From positions 77,197 through 141,196 of the forward strand of contig JACPGX010000001.1 of assembly GCA_016188865.1 (NCBI GenBank): a stretch of 64,000 bases of DNA. The letters run 5' to 3'. The notes beneath the pieces were generated by a model. The model did no database searches, was not told the origin of the DNA, and was given only the letters and a program-made list of their open reading frames with translations. The first letter of the stretch is position 1, and each line of letters begins with the position of its first letter. A program made the position numbers and the translations under genes. This document shows, piece after piece, positions 45,076 through 54,917 of this stretch. Source of the DNA: Candidatus Nealsonbacteria bacterium (lineage in GTDB: Bacteria; Patescibacteriota; Minisyncoccia; Minisyncoccales; MHMH01).

Positions 45076-46206
45076 TTACTCTTGATGTTTTTTATAAAGT
45101 TCGTCGGCTGTCCAAGTAATCGGCTTTTTCTGGGCTTCTTTTTTTAAATCATTCATTAATTTCTCACGCCTCAAATAAAGATTTTTCTGCTTGCGCATTT
45201 TTGCTTTCTCTAAAGCATAACTGAATAAAATTGGCACAGCTAAAGTAATGTCCGAATAAACCACTACGGTATTTTTTAATTCATTGGGATTGATTTTGCC
45301 CCACGATACAGCCTCCTGCGGAGTAGCTCCCGAAAGCCCACCCCACTGGGGACTGTCCATTGTGATTTGTATGAAATAATCGTGGCCGCCTTTTTCAACT
45401 CCCAGGCATTCCCACAAGAATGGCTGTGTCTGCATATAGAAATTTTTAGGAGAACCGCCGCCCAAAAGTATGGCGCCATTTTGCTTGGCTCCCATAACTA
45501 TAGCTGTCGTTTCCAAAACATCTAAATTAGGATTTATATGCAAATTTATCGAACCCAGTCTTTTTAAATCAGTGCTGAAATTGGCCAAATCCATGCCGTA
45601 AGTGCTGTCTCCGGGCGAAGAAGTATAAACGGGAATATTATATTTTGCTGCCTGCGCCAAAATGGAAATTTCCGGATTGGGAGCGTCTCTCAAAAGACAC
45701 CTGCCTATATAATTATGAAATTCCGCGGAAGAAATAGCTCCCCTGGGCGCTGATTTCGCAAGCAATATCTTTTGGGTGAATTTATCGGTGCTTAATAAAG
45801 TATCAGCAGTCAAAAATACATCGTAGATCCTCACGACCCCATGTTTATATAGGGTGGTATCGTCAATTTGATGCGTGCCTTTATGCAGGGGAAAATTTAA
45901 AGCAAAATGGGTGTCGTGATAAAGATTGGCTCCCGTGGCAATAATAAAGTCAATAAAACCTCTTTCCATCATTGAAACTATTTGTCCCGACATTCCGGCA
46001 GGGGTTATCGCGCCTGCTAAAGTAATACCAATAGTTACATCATTTTGGGGGGACAGCATTTTTTCAACTAAAAGCCGGCAAGCTTCGCTTAGTCTTGCCG
46101 AATTATATGCCTGATAGTAATTCTCAACTAATTCAGAAACTTTTAATCCCTTTTTTAATTTACCGGCGAAAATCTTTTTGCCGGAAAGAAATCTATTTTT
46201 CATCAT
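45076..46206 (-). CDS. deoxyhypusine synthase-like protein
   Basis: LGGGSPKNF and PQEAVSWGKI match the DHS family. I prefer the ATG at 46206, 2 nt after the pdaD stop. Confidence 0.75.
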   Translation of the reverse strand: MMKNRFLSGKKIFAGKLKKGLKVSELVENYYQAYNSARLSEACRLLVEKMLSPQNDVTIGITLAGAITPAGMSGQIVSMMERGFIDFIIATGANLYHDTHFALNFPLHKGTHQIDDTTLYKHGVVRIYDVFLTADTLLSTDKFTQKILLAKSAPRGAISSAEFHNYIGRCLLRDAPNPEISILAQAAKYNIPVYTSSPGDSTYGMDLANFSTDLKRLGSINLHINPNLDVLETTAIVMGAKQNGAILLGGGSPKNFYMQTQPFLWECLGVEKGGHDYFIQITMDSPQWGGLSGATPQEAVSWGKINPNELKNTVVVYSDITLAVPILFSYALEKAKMRKQKNLYLRREKLMNDLKKEAQKKPITWTADELYKKHQE

Positions 46207-46208
46207 AC

Positions 46209-46751
46209 TTATGGTACAAACACGGCGGCTGCTACCACCGAAGTCCAACGGCCGTCTTTATTCCCTCTGGCTGTTTGCGTAACATTAGTAGTGCGAACTA
46301 TTTTACCAGATAATCTAAATGCCTGACGCCTCGAGTCCCATGCTTCTTCCGTGTTGAATTTCAAACCTAAAGTAGTGGCCAGCATCGAAGCTGCCAAATC
46401 TTCCGCGTAATCCCCAGCTTTCTCTCTAGTCTCTCCCATCGGATGATGCTCAGAAAGATAACCATATCGTTTGTTATTTGCCGGCACTGCGCAGCCGATA
46501 GAAGCTGCAATTAATCTATTCGGCTCATCGGTATGATTTCTTGCCAAAACCACGAAAACAATTTCACCTGGTTTCAACAACTCTAATCCTTTTTGCCAGG
46601 TAATTTTTTTACAACTGGGCGGCAAAATGCTGGATACGGAAACTAAATTAAAGGGGGCCAAACCTGCATCCCTTAAAGCCGCCTCAAACGAAGACAATTG
46701 ATCTTTATGAACCCCCACTCCCGAAGTGAGGAAAAATTTTGTCGGAATCAT
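46209..46751 (-). CDS. pdaD: pyruvoyl-dependent arginine decarboxylase
   Basis: FFLTSGVG and the self-cleavage region LVSVSSILP. Confidence 0.8.
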   Translation of the reverse strand: MIPTKFFLTSGVGVHKDQLSSFEAALRDAGLAPFNLVSVSSILPPSCKKITWQKGLELLKPGEIVFVVLARNHTDEPNRLIAASIGCAVPANNKRYGYLSEHHPMGETREKAGDYAEDLAASMLATTLGLKFNTEEAWDSRRQAFRLSGKIVRTTNVTQTARGNKDGRWTSVVAAAVFVP

Positions 46752-46788
46752 AATAATTATTTTATTATTTCATTATAAAAAAACAGTG

Positions 46789-47676
46789 TCAAGATAAAAT
46801 TTGAATTTCTTCCTCAATTTCAATTCTGAATTTATTTTTAACTTCTTTTTTTACCAGATCAATTAATTTTAAAACATCTTTTGCTTTAGCCCCGCCAAGA
46901 TTAACAATAAAATTAGCATGCTGTTCGGAAATCTGCGCCTTGCCTATTATTTTCCCCTTAAGACTGGCTTTTTCAATTAAATCGCGGGCTCTTGCGTTTT
47001 CTAAATTTTTAAAGATACTGCCAGCCGAAGAATACTTAGGATGACTGCTTCTCCTGTAATTCAAAATTTCTTTTACTTTATTTTTAATTTCCTCTTTATC
47101 GCCTTTTTTAAATTCCAATTCCGCAGAAAGAATTATTAAATTAGAATTTTTCTTAAAAATACTATCTCTGTAGCCAAACTGGCAGTCTTCATTATTGAAT
47201 TTTCGAATTTCGAATTTCGAATTTCGAATTTCCAAAACTGTTACAGTTTTGGTGATATCTTTCATTTCTGTCCCAAAGGCTCCGGCATTTCCCCTAATCG
47301 CCCCTCCCACTGTTGCTCCCGGAATGCCAGTAGCCCACTCCATGCCCGAAAGACTAGCGTTAGCAGTAGCACTCACTAATTTAGCCAAAGTTACCCCGGC
47401 GCCAGCGATTACTTTGCAAATTTTTCCTGCCTGCCGGCGGGCAGAAATTTTTAATTTACAATTTTCAATTTTTATAACTAACCCATTATAGCCATTGTCA
47501 GAAACCAACAAATTGCTTCCACCGCCTAAAATAAAAAAGGTGGTTTTGTTTTTTTGGGCAAAATTGATTGCCTTAATTAAATCTTCTTTACTTTTCGCAA
47601 TACAAAAATATTCAGCCGGCCCACCAATTCGAAAAGTTGTGTAGTTTTTCAGCAAAACATTCTTCTGAATTTTCAT
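46789..47676 (-). CDS. murB: UDP-N-acetylenolpyruvoylglucosamine reductase
   Basis: TTFRIGGPA, GGGSNLL, GIPGATVGGAIRGNAGA and YRDS. Confidence 0.9.
   Translation of the reverse strand: MKIQKNVLLKNYTTFRIGGPAEYFCIAKSKEDLIKAINFAQKNKTTFFILGGGSNLLVSDNGYNGLVIKIENCKLKISARRQAGKICKVIAGAGVTLAKLVSATANASLSGMEWATGIPGATVGGAIRGNAGAFGTEMKDITKTVTVLEIRNSKFEIRKFNNEDCQFGYRDSIFKKNSNLIILSAELEFKKGDKEEIKNKVKEILNYRRSSHPKYSSAGSIFKNLENARARDLIEKASLKGKIIGKAQISEQHANFIVNLGGAKAKDVLKLIDLVKKEVKNKFRIEIEEEIQILS
47197..47232. repeat. heptanucleotide tandem repeat inside murB
   Basis: Four perfect CGAATTT units (47204-47231) plus one 8-nt variant. 36 nt in total, translated as EIRNSKFEIRKF. Confidence 0.9.
47426..47444. repeat. 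GC-rich palindrome family 3 copy inside murB
   Basis: CCTGCCTGCCGGCGGGCAG shares GCCGGCAGGCAGG (minus strand) with 60630-60649. Translated as SARRQAG. Confidence 0.7.
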
Positions 47677-47774
47677 GATTAAAAGGAATTTAAATGGGCG
47701 GGAAAAAACTCCAATTCAAAGAATTTAGTGAGTATCCCGCCCAATTACTATAATACCATACGTAAAAAAATAAA

Positions 47775-47806
47775 GCAAAAGGCCTCGCTCGAGGGAGGCC
47801 TGTTGC
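47775..47806 (-). terminator. intrinsic terminator after the HExxH protein gene
   Basis: Minus strand AGGCCTCC-ctcga-GCGAGGCCT followed by TTTTGCTTTATTTTTTT. Confidence 0.65.
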
Positions 47807-47833
47807 CGAATTGGAGTTTGCACTAAACTCTAT

Positions 47834-49312
47834 TTACATATTAGCAGAGGGGGCTAGTTCTGTCAAGAGTAATTGAATCAACTGTTTTAACAGTTCAATG
47901 ATCTTCAATTGTATGGCGGTAATCTGATTTTTTAATTCAGCGATCGCTTTTTCTTTTCCCATATCTGCTTTCGGTTCTTCTCTTATAACCTGCGCTTGAT
48001 TAGTCTTAGTAGCGGCTGACCAAAAGAAAGAATACGACGGTTGAATCCCGTTAAAGCCGGAAATCTTATTTTGAGCGATGGGAATAATTGTTAAAGAAGC
48101 ATACTGGATACCGAAATTTTCCAGGGTAATTCTTCCGGTTCCATTAGTATCAAGAATTAAATTATTAACCGAAAGGTTTCCCTGCGAATCTTCGATAATG
48201 TAGGGTACTTTAAATTGGCTATTGCCGTTAACTTTGAATTCAATCTCCAGCCTCCCTCTGCCACCGATAAATCTATGCCAATTACCGGACCAATCTTTGG
48301 TGGTATTATTAACCGATAAAACACTGTCGCCGACAAATGGAAGATAATTGACTAACGGAACAAGCCTAAAATCTTTTAAATTTTGATTATAATAACAATA
48401 TTTTTCTGAAACTTGGCAGTTATTAAGTAAAACAGCAATAGCCCAATTATTAAAAATCTGAACGAAATCTTCTTTAAAGCCCTGGCGGACTAAAATAGCA
48501 TTTAAGCTTTCAATTCCTGTTTTTCTTAATTTTATAGAATCTGCCAGAATACTGACGCCATAATGATCAACTAGATATTGTGTAAATAAATTCACGACTC
48601 CGTAATCTCCTGCGGTTTCTCTCCATTCGGTCAAAGAATCAGACGACCTATCAAGAAAATCCTTTACCCTCCCCTGAAGATTGCTGCCTTCATACTTTTT
48701 ATCATAGCCCAAGAGGGTTGAAGAAAAATCTGCCCTGGCTTCATTTAGCCAAACATCTTCAGAAACATTATTAATTTTATCTTTTTGATTAAAAGTGACC
48801 AAATGAACAAATTCATGGGCCAGGAAAACCTTAATATCAGGGGTATTAATATATTGGGAACTCAAGTAAATCATTTCTCTCTCATTGGATTCTGGAGCCT
48901 GAACTTTTGGATATTCATTCGCTAAATTAATATAGCCGCCACTTTCTTTTTTCATGGGATGAATCAAAATAGTGATTCTCGTATCTTTATCGATACCGGG
49001 AGTCCACTCAAGGCCGAAAGTTCTTGTTAAAATAGGGTAAATATCGTCCTCGAATTCTAAGATTAGAGAATCAAGAGATTCCCCTGTAATTTTTTGCTCT
49101 TCAGTACCCAATGATTTCCACCAAGCGCTATCGGCAAGCCAATAAGCTCTGGGGGAAATCTTTATTAAAACAGCGGTCAGGGAATCTCTCCCGGAAAAAT
49201 CGTAAGATGATTCAATGTTAAAAAATATTTCCTGGCCAATAATATCTTGGGCCTTAATAAAAATTGGCGAAAATAGAGTTATCAGAATAACAGATATAAA
49301 AATTCTTTTCAT
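47834..49312 (-). CDS. secreted protein with an HExxH zinc-metallopeptidase motif and a C-terminal coiled coil
   Basis: Signal-peptide-like N-terminus and FLAHEFVHLV. The family is not recognised. Confidence 0.45.
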   Translation of the reverse strand: MKRIFISVILITLFSPIFIKAQDIIGQEIFFNIESSYDFSGRDSLTAVLIKISPRAYWLADSAWWKSLGTEEQKITGESLDSLILEFEDDIYPILTRTFGLEWTPGIDKDTRITILIHPMKKESGGYINLANEYPKVQAPESNEREMIYLSSQYINTPDIKVFLAHEFVHLVTFNQKDKINNVSEDVWLNEARADFSSTLLGYDKKYEGSNLQGRVKDFLDRSSDSLTEWRETAGDYGVVNLFTQYLVDHYGVSILADSIKLRKTGIESLNAILVRQGFKEDFVQIFNNWAIAVLLNNCQVSEKYCYYNQNLKDFRLVPLVNYLPFVGDSVLSVNNTTKDWSGNWHRFIGGRGRLEIEFKVNGNSQFKVPYIIEDSQGNLSVNNLILDTNGTGRITLENFGIQYASLTIIPIAQNKISGFNGIQPSYSFFWSAATKTNQAQVIREEPKADMGKEKAIAELKNQITAIQLKIIELLKQLIQLLLTELAPSANM

Positions 49313-49314
49313 TT

Positions 49315-51561
49315 TTATTTAGGCAGTTGTTTTAAAAATTTTTCAACCTCCGGAAGCAAACTTTCATCTATCTTAGCTGCCCTATCGGCTGCCTCTTCGG
49401 CTTTTTGATAATCTCTTATATTGGCATAACTAGCAGCCAAAGCTGCCCAAAGCTTGGCATCGTCGGGAGCGCGTTCTAATGCTTCTAGAAGAAGGGGGAT
49501 CAACCTCTCATCTTCGCCCAAAAGCCGATAAATATCCATCACTCTCCGCAGGTTATCTAAATCAGTCTTCCAATCAAAGTTATATTTTTCCGCCTCAAGA
49601 ACTTCTGCTTTGGCTAACTTGTATTGACCGGCTATCTGGTAAGCCATGGCCAAATACCAATGCGAATTACCCAGTCGGGGTTCAAGATCTACGGCCTTTC
49701 TCAACAGGGTAATTCCCTCTTCAATTCTTCCTTGAGTAACCCTTGTTTCGGCTAGTTGCCAATAGCCCTGCTGATTAGTCGGACTCAACTCTATGGCCTT
49801 TTCCAATACGTTTTGGGCCCTCTTTATTTTCTCCTGATCATTGCTGAAACGATGGGAGTTCAAATATAACTCTCCTAAAAATAGGTGCTGGCGGAAATCC
49901 AGGGAATTTTCCATAATATTTTTTTCCATCTCCATTTCGGTTAATTCAATGGTCTTCTGAAGAGTCGGTCGCATGTCTTCGGATGTTTCCCGACGAATCG
50001 CCCCGCCTATCCTTTGAGAAAAATTTTCTCTGGCTTCGTATTTATTCATTGAAGTTGACAGGGATTTTCCAAAAAATGAATAGGTCTGATCGATATATTG
50101 GCTGCTTAGCGCTTTAATGAGATAGTAATTAGCGATCATTGGCTTGATATTCCCCCACCAGAGCGCGGGTAATATAGCCAAAATAATAACTATGGCTAAA
50201 AGCGGATTAAACCGTTTAACTGCCATTTCTCCTGAAGAATCATTTGATTTTTGAGTTAAGAAATTAATAAAACCCAGGCTTAGAAAAAATACTAAATAAG
50301 AGTTTATCATATCGAAAACCAGCAAATTCTGTAAAAAATAGACTATCAAAAGAATAGCAAGGCCTAGAAGGAGAAACAGATTTTTTCTTTCTATAACCCT
50401 TGAGGCAGCCACCAATAATTTGTAGATTGCAATTCCAAAAATAAATAAATAAGCTACCAATCCAGCCACTCCGGTAGTTACCAAAGTGTCAAAAACAATA
50501 TTATGAACTCTATCAAACCAAATTTCTCCGCCATAAGTCGATAAAAAGACGCGCGGATTAAAATATTTTGTAAAAACAACATTAAAATTTTCCGGGCCCC
50601 ATCCCAAAATCGGCCTTTCCAGGAAACCCTTAAGGCCATTCTCCCAAACTACGAATCTGGCTTGCATTACATCAAGCGAATGTTGCACAAAATCTTTAAC
50701 AAAAGCGGGCTGAAAAATAATAAGTATTGCCCCAAAAATTACAGTAGTTAGAATAATCGCCCAAGCTAATCTTTTGAAAATCTTTTCTTTAGAGAATATA
50801 AAATAACCTAAAGTCAGCAAATACAGCCCTAGAAAAAAAGAAACGATAGCTCCTTGAGCGGTGGAAGTAAGCAACACTGGCAACAAAATAAGCAAACAAA
50901 CGCCAGAGAAAATCTGCCAAAATCCTCTTTTGGATAAAAACAAAATTAAAGCAAAAAATACATCAAAAAGCAGATAAGCTGCCATAAAAGAAGTGTTGCC
51001 AATGGTGCCGCCCCCTCTAGTGGAGGCCTGATTTCCCATCAAAACATATAAACTCAAAAAAACTCCGGCAATGATAGAAACGCCTAAAAATTTATCCCAA
51101 TCGTCTTTCTTCTTAAAGCAGTTGCTTAAAATAATAAAAAAGGCGTAGAGATGCAGCATCGTCCAAATGCCAGTCATTCTCTCATAAGTTGACCAAAAAG
51201 ATCTTGCTAAGTTAACGCCAGTAAAAGAGGCTAAAATAAACACTGCCAAAAAAAGAGTAATAGCGAGAGTTAGGGCATTAATTCTAGGGCGATATTTTCC
51301 GGCATTTGAAATGACCAAAAATATGTAAGCGGCTAAAACTATTTCAACGATTATCCTGAAAAAAGTTGTTTTAGGCGCGACAAAAGGAAAGAAAAATTTA
51401 GTATTTATAATCAAGGGGGTAAACATTATCAAGTAAATTCCCCACCTAATAATAAAAATGCAGGTCCTTTCCAGACCGGTTTGAAATTGTAATTTTGGTC
51501 TTTCCCACCCGCCTTCGCCAATGCTTCGGCGGGCGAGTTTTTCTCTTGATTGCTTACCCAT
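49315..51561 (-). CDS. O-antigen ligase-like (Wzy_C) polytopic membrane protein with C-terminal TPR repeats
   Basis: About 12 TM helices followed by TPR-like repeats (YWQLAE..., HWYLAMAYQ...). The exact start is uncertain. Confidence 0.65.
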   Translation of the reverse strand: MGKQSREKLARRSIGEGGWERPKLQFQTGLERTCIFIIRWGIYLIMFTPLIINTKFFFPFVAPKTTFFRIIVEIVLAAYIFLVISNAGKYRPRINALTLAITLFLAVFILASFTGVNLARSFWSTYERMTGIWTMLHLYAFFIILSNCFKKKDDWDKFLGVSIIAGVFLSLYVLMGNQASTRGGGTIGNTSFMAAYLLFDVFFALILFLSKRGFWQIFSGVCLLILLPVLLTSTAQGAIVSFFLGLYLLTLGYFIFSKEKIFKRLAWAIILTTVIFGAILIIFQPAFVKDFVQHSLDVMQARFVVWENGLKGFLERPILGWGPENFNVVFTKYFNPRVFLSTYGGEIWFDRVHNIVFDTLVTTGVAGLVAYLFIFGIAIYKLLVAASRVIERKNLFLLLGLAILLIVYFLQNLLVFDMINSYLVFFLSLGFINFLTQKSNDSSGEMAVKRFNPLLAIVIILAILPALWWGNIKPMIANYYLIKALSSQYIDQTYSFFGKSLSTSMNKYEARENFSQRIGGAIRRETSEDMRPTLQKTIELTEMEMEKNIMENSLDFRQHLFLGELYLNSHRFSNDQEKIKRAQNVLEKAIELSPTNQQGYWQLAETRVTQGRIEEGITLLRKAVDLEPRLGNSHWYLAMAYQIAGQYKLAKAEVLEAEKYNFDWKTDLDNLRRVMDIYRLLGEDERLIPLLLEALERAPDDAKLWAALAASYANIRDYQKAEEAADRAAKIDESLLPEVEKFLKQLPK

Positions 51562-51618
51562 TAAAACTATTTTAACTAATCATTGAAATTTAAGCAAGCT
51601 TAGAGTACAATTAAACTG

Positions 51619-52935
51619 ATGCTGAATACTCTAAACCTCAGAAGATTTCTTCTAATAACTTCTGATATTATTCTCTTATATTTTTCGCTGATAGTCGTAG
51701 TATTTTGGGATTTCCGAGAAAAGCATTTCCTAAAAACCCTGGATGAGCACTTGGTCCCCTTCTCTATCCTTTATTTTTTTTGGCTGATTATTTTTTATAT
51801 CTTTGGCTTGTATGATCTCAGCCTAATCAGAATTAAAGAAACTTTTCGCGCAAGAATGCCGGGGGCCCTGTCTACTGCATTAATATTGGGATTAATATTT
51901 TTCTATCTTTTTCCATTTTTTGAGCTCACCCCTAAAACTAATCTAGTTTTAAATGTTTTAATTTTTACGGTATTACAATATTTTTGGCGTAAAATATTCT
52001 TAACCTTATTTTCTTCCAAATTCCTAACCAAAATAGTAATTGTCGGCCAAGCCCAGAAAGCTTCGGAATTAGCCGAAGAAATAAATGCCAGGCCTCATTT
52101 GGGTTATAGGCTCATCGAATTAAAAAATGATAAAGATCTAATGAGCCAGATTAAAGAACAAAAAATTGATACGATATTAGTGCCTCCAGATTTGGCTTTT
52201 AATTCTGAACTAATTAAAAATCTTTATCAATGTTTGCCGGCCAGAGTGAAATTTTTAGATTGGACCAGCGCCTATGAAATAATCACCGGGAAAATACCCG
52301 TTTTATCCATCAACCATATATGGTTTCTGCAAAACCTTAAGGGGGGAAAAAAAATATTTTACGATATGATAAAAAGGGCTTTAGATGTTATCTGGGCTGG
52401 GATTATCTTTATATTAACTATGCCAATTTGGTTAATAATAATGATATTAATCAAACTGGAAGACGGGGGTCCCGTCATTTACACTCAGGAAAGAATAGGC
52501 AAAGATAAAAGACCATTTCTGCTTTTCAAATTCCGCTCAATGAAGCCTGAGGCTGAAAAATTAACCGGTCCGCTTTGGGCAGAAGCTCGAGACTATAGGG
52601 CCACTAAAGTCGGAGCTATTTTGAGGAAAATTCACCTTGATGAACTTCCTCAAATGATTAATGCGCTTAAAGGCGAAATCAGCTTAGTGGGCCCCAGACC
52701 GGAAAGGCCGGAGTTTGTTTGGCAATTAGAGAAAGAAATTCCGCACTATCATCTTCGCCACTTAATCAAGCCCGGTTTCACCGGCTGGGCCCAGCTGAAA
52801 TTCAGATATGGAAGGTCGATAATGGATGCCAAGGAAAAATTCCAGTATGACCTTTATTATATTAAAAATAGGTCATTATTTTTGGACTTAGGTATTTTGC
52901 TAAAAACCTTTCAATTATTTTTCAAAAAAGAGTGA
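51619..52935 (+). CDS. polyprenyl-phosphate glycosylphosphotransferase (WbaP/bacterial sugar transferase)
   Basis: KRALDV...GGPVIYTQERIGKDKRPFLLFKFRSM and DELPQMINALKGEISLVGPRP. Confidence 0.85.
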   Translation: MLNTLNLRRFLLITSDIILLYFSLIVVVFWDFREKHFLKTLDEHLVPFSILYFFWLIIFYIFGLYDLSLIRIKETFRARMPGALSTALILGLIFFYLFPFFELTPKTNLVLNVLIFTVLQYFWRKIFLTLFSSKFLTKIVIVGQAQKASELAEEINARPHLGYRLIELKNDKDLMSQIKEQKIDTILVPPDLAFNSELIKNLYQCLPARVKFLDWTSAYEIITGKIPVLSINHIWFLQNLKGGKKIFYDMIKRALDVIWAGIIFILTMPIWLIIMILIKLEDGGPVIYTQERIGKDKRPFLLFKFRSMKPEAEKLTGPLWAEARDYRATKVGAILRKIHLDELPQMINALKGEISLVGPRPERPEFVWQLEKEIPHYHLRHLIKPGFTGWAQLKFRYGRSIMDAKEKFQYDLYYIKNRSLFLDLGILLKTFQLFFKKE

Positions 52936-54206
52936 TAACAAATTACCTTAAAAATAAAATATACAGGTTTTTACGCCTGGCTCAAAAATACACAGGCACG
53001 GACAATGTTTATTTGGCTAAAGGAGGATTTTGGCTGTCTTCGAGCCAAATTTTTTCAATGGCCATTGCTTTTTTTTCGGCCGTGGCCTTTGCCAACTTGC
53101 TAAACCCGGCAACATATGGAAACTATAAATATATTTTATCTCTGGCAGAAATTTTGGAAATTACGTCTTTAGCGGGAGTGGGGGCCGCCGTAACTCAAGC
53201 CGTAGCCCGCAATTTGGAAGGTTCTTTTTATTCGGGCTTCAAAACCAAATTAAAATGGGGGCTTATTGGAAGCCTAGCGGCCATGATAGCTGTTATTTAT
53301 TATTGGTTAAGAGGCAATGAGACCCTATCTTTACCGCTTATTGTTGCGGCTGTTTTTCTGCCGATTTTAAACGCCTCGCATATTTACACTGCTTTTTTAG
53401 GTGGAAGAAAATTATTTAATTACCAAGTCAAATACACGATCGTCAGCCAAATTATTTCAGTGGGAGCGATCATTGCCGCTCTTTTCCTAACCAAAAACCT
53501 TTTATGGCTGATTATCGTGTATTTTACCTCAAACTCTTTCACAAACTTTTTTTTCTACTTCTTGACCAAGTTTAAATTCCGGCCAAATAAAAAAGAAGAT
53601 CCCCAAACCATCTCTTACGGCAAACATTTAAGCTTAATGGGAGTCGTTTCTGGGATAGCCAGTCGTTTGGACAAACTGCTTCTTTTTAATTCAATCGGAG
53701 CCGCTCCGTTGGCAATTTATTCTTTTGCCACAATTATTCCGGAGCAGATTGAAAGAATTTTGGGAAATGTTGAATCCCTCGCTTTCCCCAAATTAGCTTC
53801 AAAATCAGAAAAATATATCAGGGTGAATCTAATGCAAAAATTTTGGAAACTATCCATTCTAACGGGCATGGCTATGGTTGTTTCTATCGCAATTATCCCG
53901 TTTTTTTATAAAATATTTTTCCCGCGATATCTTGATTCCATAATCTATTCTCAGGCATTCGTGCTCACTTTTGTTTCCATTCCAATAAGCTTGTTGGGCA
54001 CGACTTTCAAGGCCAAGATGATGAAAAAAGAACTTTACTTAATTAAAGTGGGCTCTTTTATCAAAATATGCCTCATGGCAATATTGATTCCCATTTACGG
54101 TATCTGGGGAGCTATAGTGGCCGCCATTGGAGCTGAAATTTTCAAAAGCGGATTGGTCTTGTTTTTATTTTTCAGAAAATTTAAAGATGGGCCTGCCTCC
54201 TTCTGA
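52932..54206 (+). CDS. Wzx-like polysaccharide flippase (MOP superfamily)
   Basis: About 12 TM helices. ATGA overlap with the sugar transferase gene. Confidence 0.65.
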   Translation: MITNYLKNKIYRFLRLAQKYTGTDNVYLAKGGFWLSSSQIFSMAIAFFSAVAFANLLNPATYGNYKYILSLAEILEITSLAGVGAAVTQAVARNLEGSFYSGFKTKLKWGLIGSLAAMIAVIYYWLRGNETLSLPLIVAAVFLPILNASHIYTAFLGGRKLFNYQVKYTIVSQIISVGAIIAALFLTKNLLWLIIVYFTSNSFTNFFFYFLTKFKFRPNKKEDPQTISYGKHLSLMGVVSGIASRLDKLLLFNSIGAAPLAIYSFATIIPEQIERILGNVESLAFPKLASKSEKYIRVNLMQKFWKLSILTGMAMVVSIAIIPFFYKIFFPRYLDSIIYSQAFVLTFVSIPISLLGTTFKAKMMKKELYLIKVGSFIKICLMAILIPIYGIWGAIVAAIGAEIFKSGLVLFLFFRKFKDGPASF

Positions 54207-54917
54207 TTTGCCAACAAACTCAACTTTCTTAAAGCAGGAGTTTTGAATTATAAAATCAACGAATTGCTCCGGAGTGTAATTTTTATAAAAAATTTTACCG
54301 CCGAATTCACGGGGTAAATGCGGTTCAAAAAATAATTCTTTGGCCTCAAGGCGCTTTAAAAAAATGATCAAATTAAAATAAGCTTCTTTACTTTTTAAAA
54401 AATGATGGAAGACGCTTAAAGCCAATACTACATCAAAAACCAACTTTTCATTTTTTTTATAATTAAAAATTGACTGCGGAATCACTTTAAAGCTTTTATT
54501 AGCCGCTTTTTTTAATTTTTCTATAAAATAACTCAACATTCTATTTTCCTCCAAAGCGCAACAATCGAACCCCTCATCCTCAAATTTATGGCAGAAATAT
54601 CCCAAATTGGCTCCAATATCCAATAAGGTCCCTTTTCTTGCGGTAAGATTTTCCTTAATTATCTTAAAACGATCATCGCTATTTCTTAAAAAGGGAACGT
54701 CTTCGAAGCCGCGACCCGCGAAAGACTGATAGGGTCGGTCTTTTCCGTAAAAAAGAAGAAGCTCTTTTTTGAGCTGGTTTTCGCCAGACATGAAATAGGC
54801 CCTTAATTGCAAAATATTTTTTTCTATCTCAAATTTAATGCCATCGAAAACTTTCCAGATAATCGCCAGATGCATATCAAAAATAATTTTTTTGACAGCG
54901 ATAACAACCATTGTCAT
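54165..54917 (-). CDS. class I SAM-dependent methyltransferase
   Basis: Motif I LLDIGANLGYF. Confidence 0.65.
   Translation of the reverse strand: MTMVVIAVKKIIFDMHLAIIWKVFDGIKFEIEKNILQLRAYFMSGENQLKKELLLFYGKDRPYQSFAGRGFEDVPFLRNSDDRFKIIKENLTARKGTLLDIGANLGYFCHKFEDEGFDCCALEENRMLSYFIEKLKKAANKSFKVIPQSIFNYKKNEKLVFDVVLALSVFHHFLKSKEAYFNLIIFLKRLEAKELFFEPHLPREFGGKIFYKNYTPEQFVDFIIQNSCFKKVEFVGKSEGGRPIFKFSEK

Noticed and set aside
51508-51533. CCCGCC...GGCGGG hairpin in the first codons (ARRSIGEGGW) of the O-antigen-ligase-like gene, considered as another in-frame repeat insertion.
   Set aside because: There are only 6 bp of pairing, no second copy in the window, and the true start codon of this gene is uncertain, so the segment may be 5' UTR.
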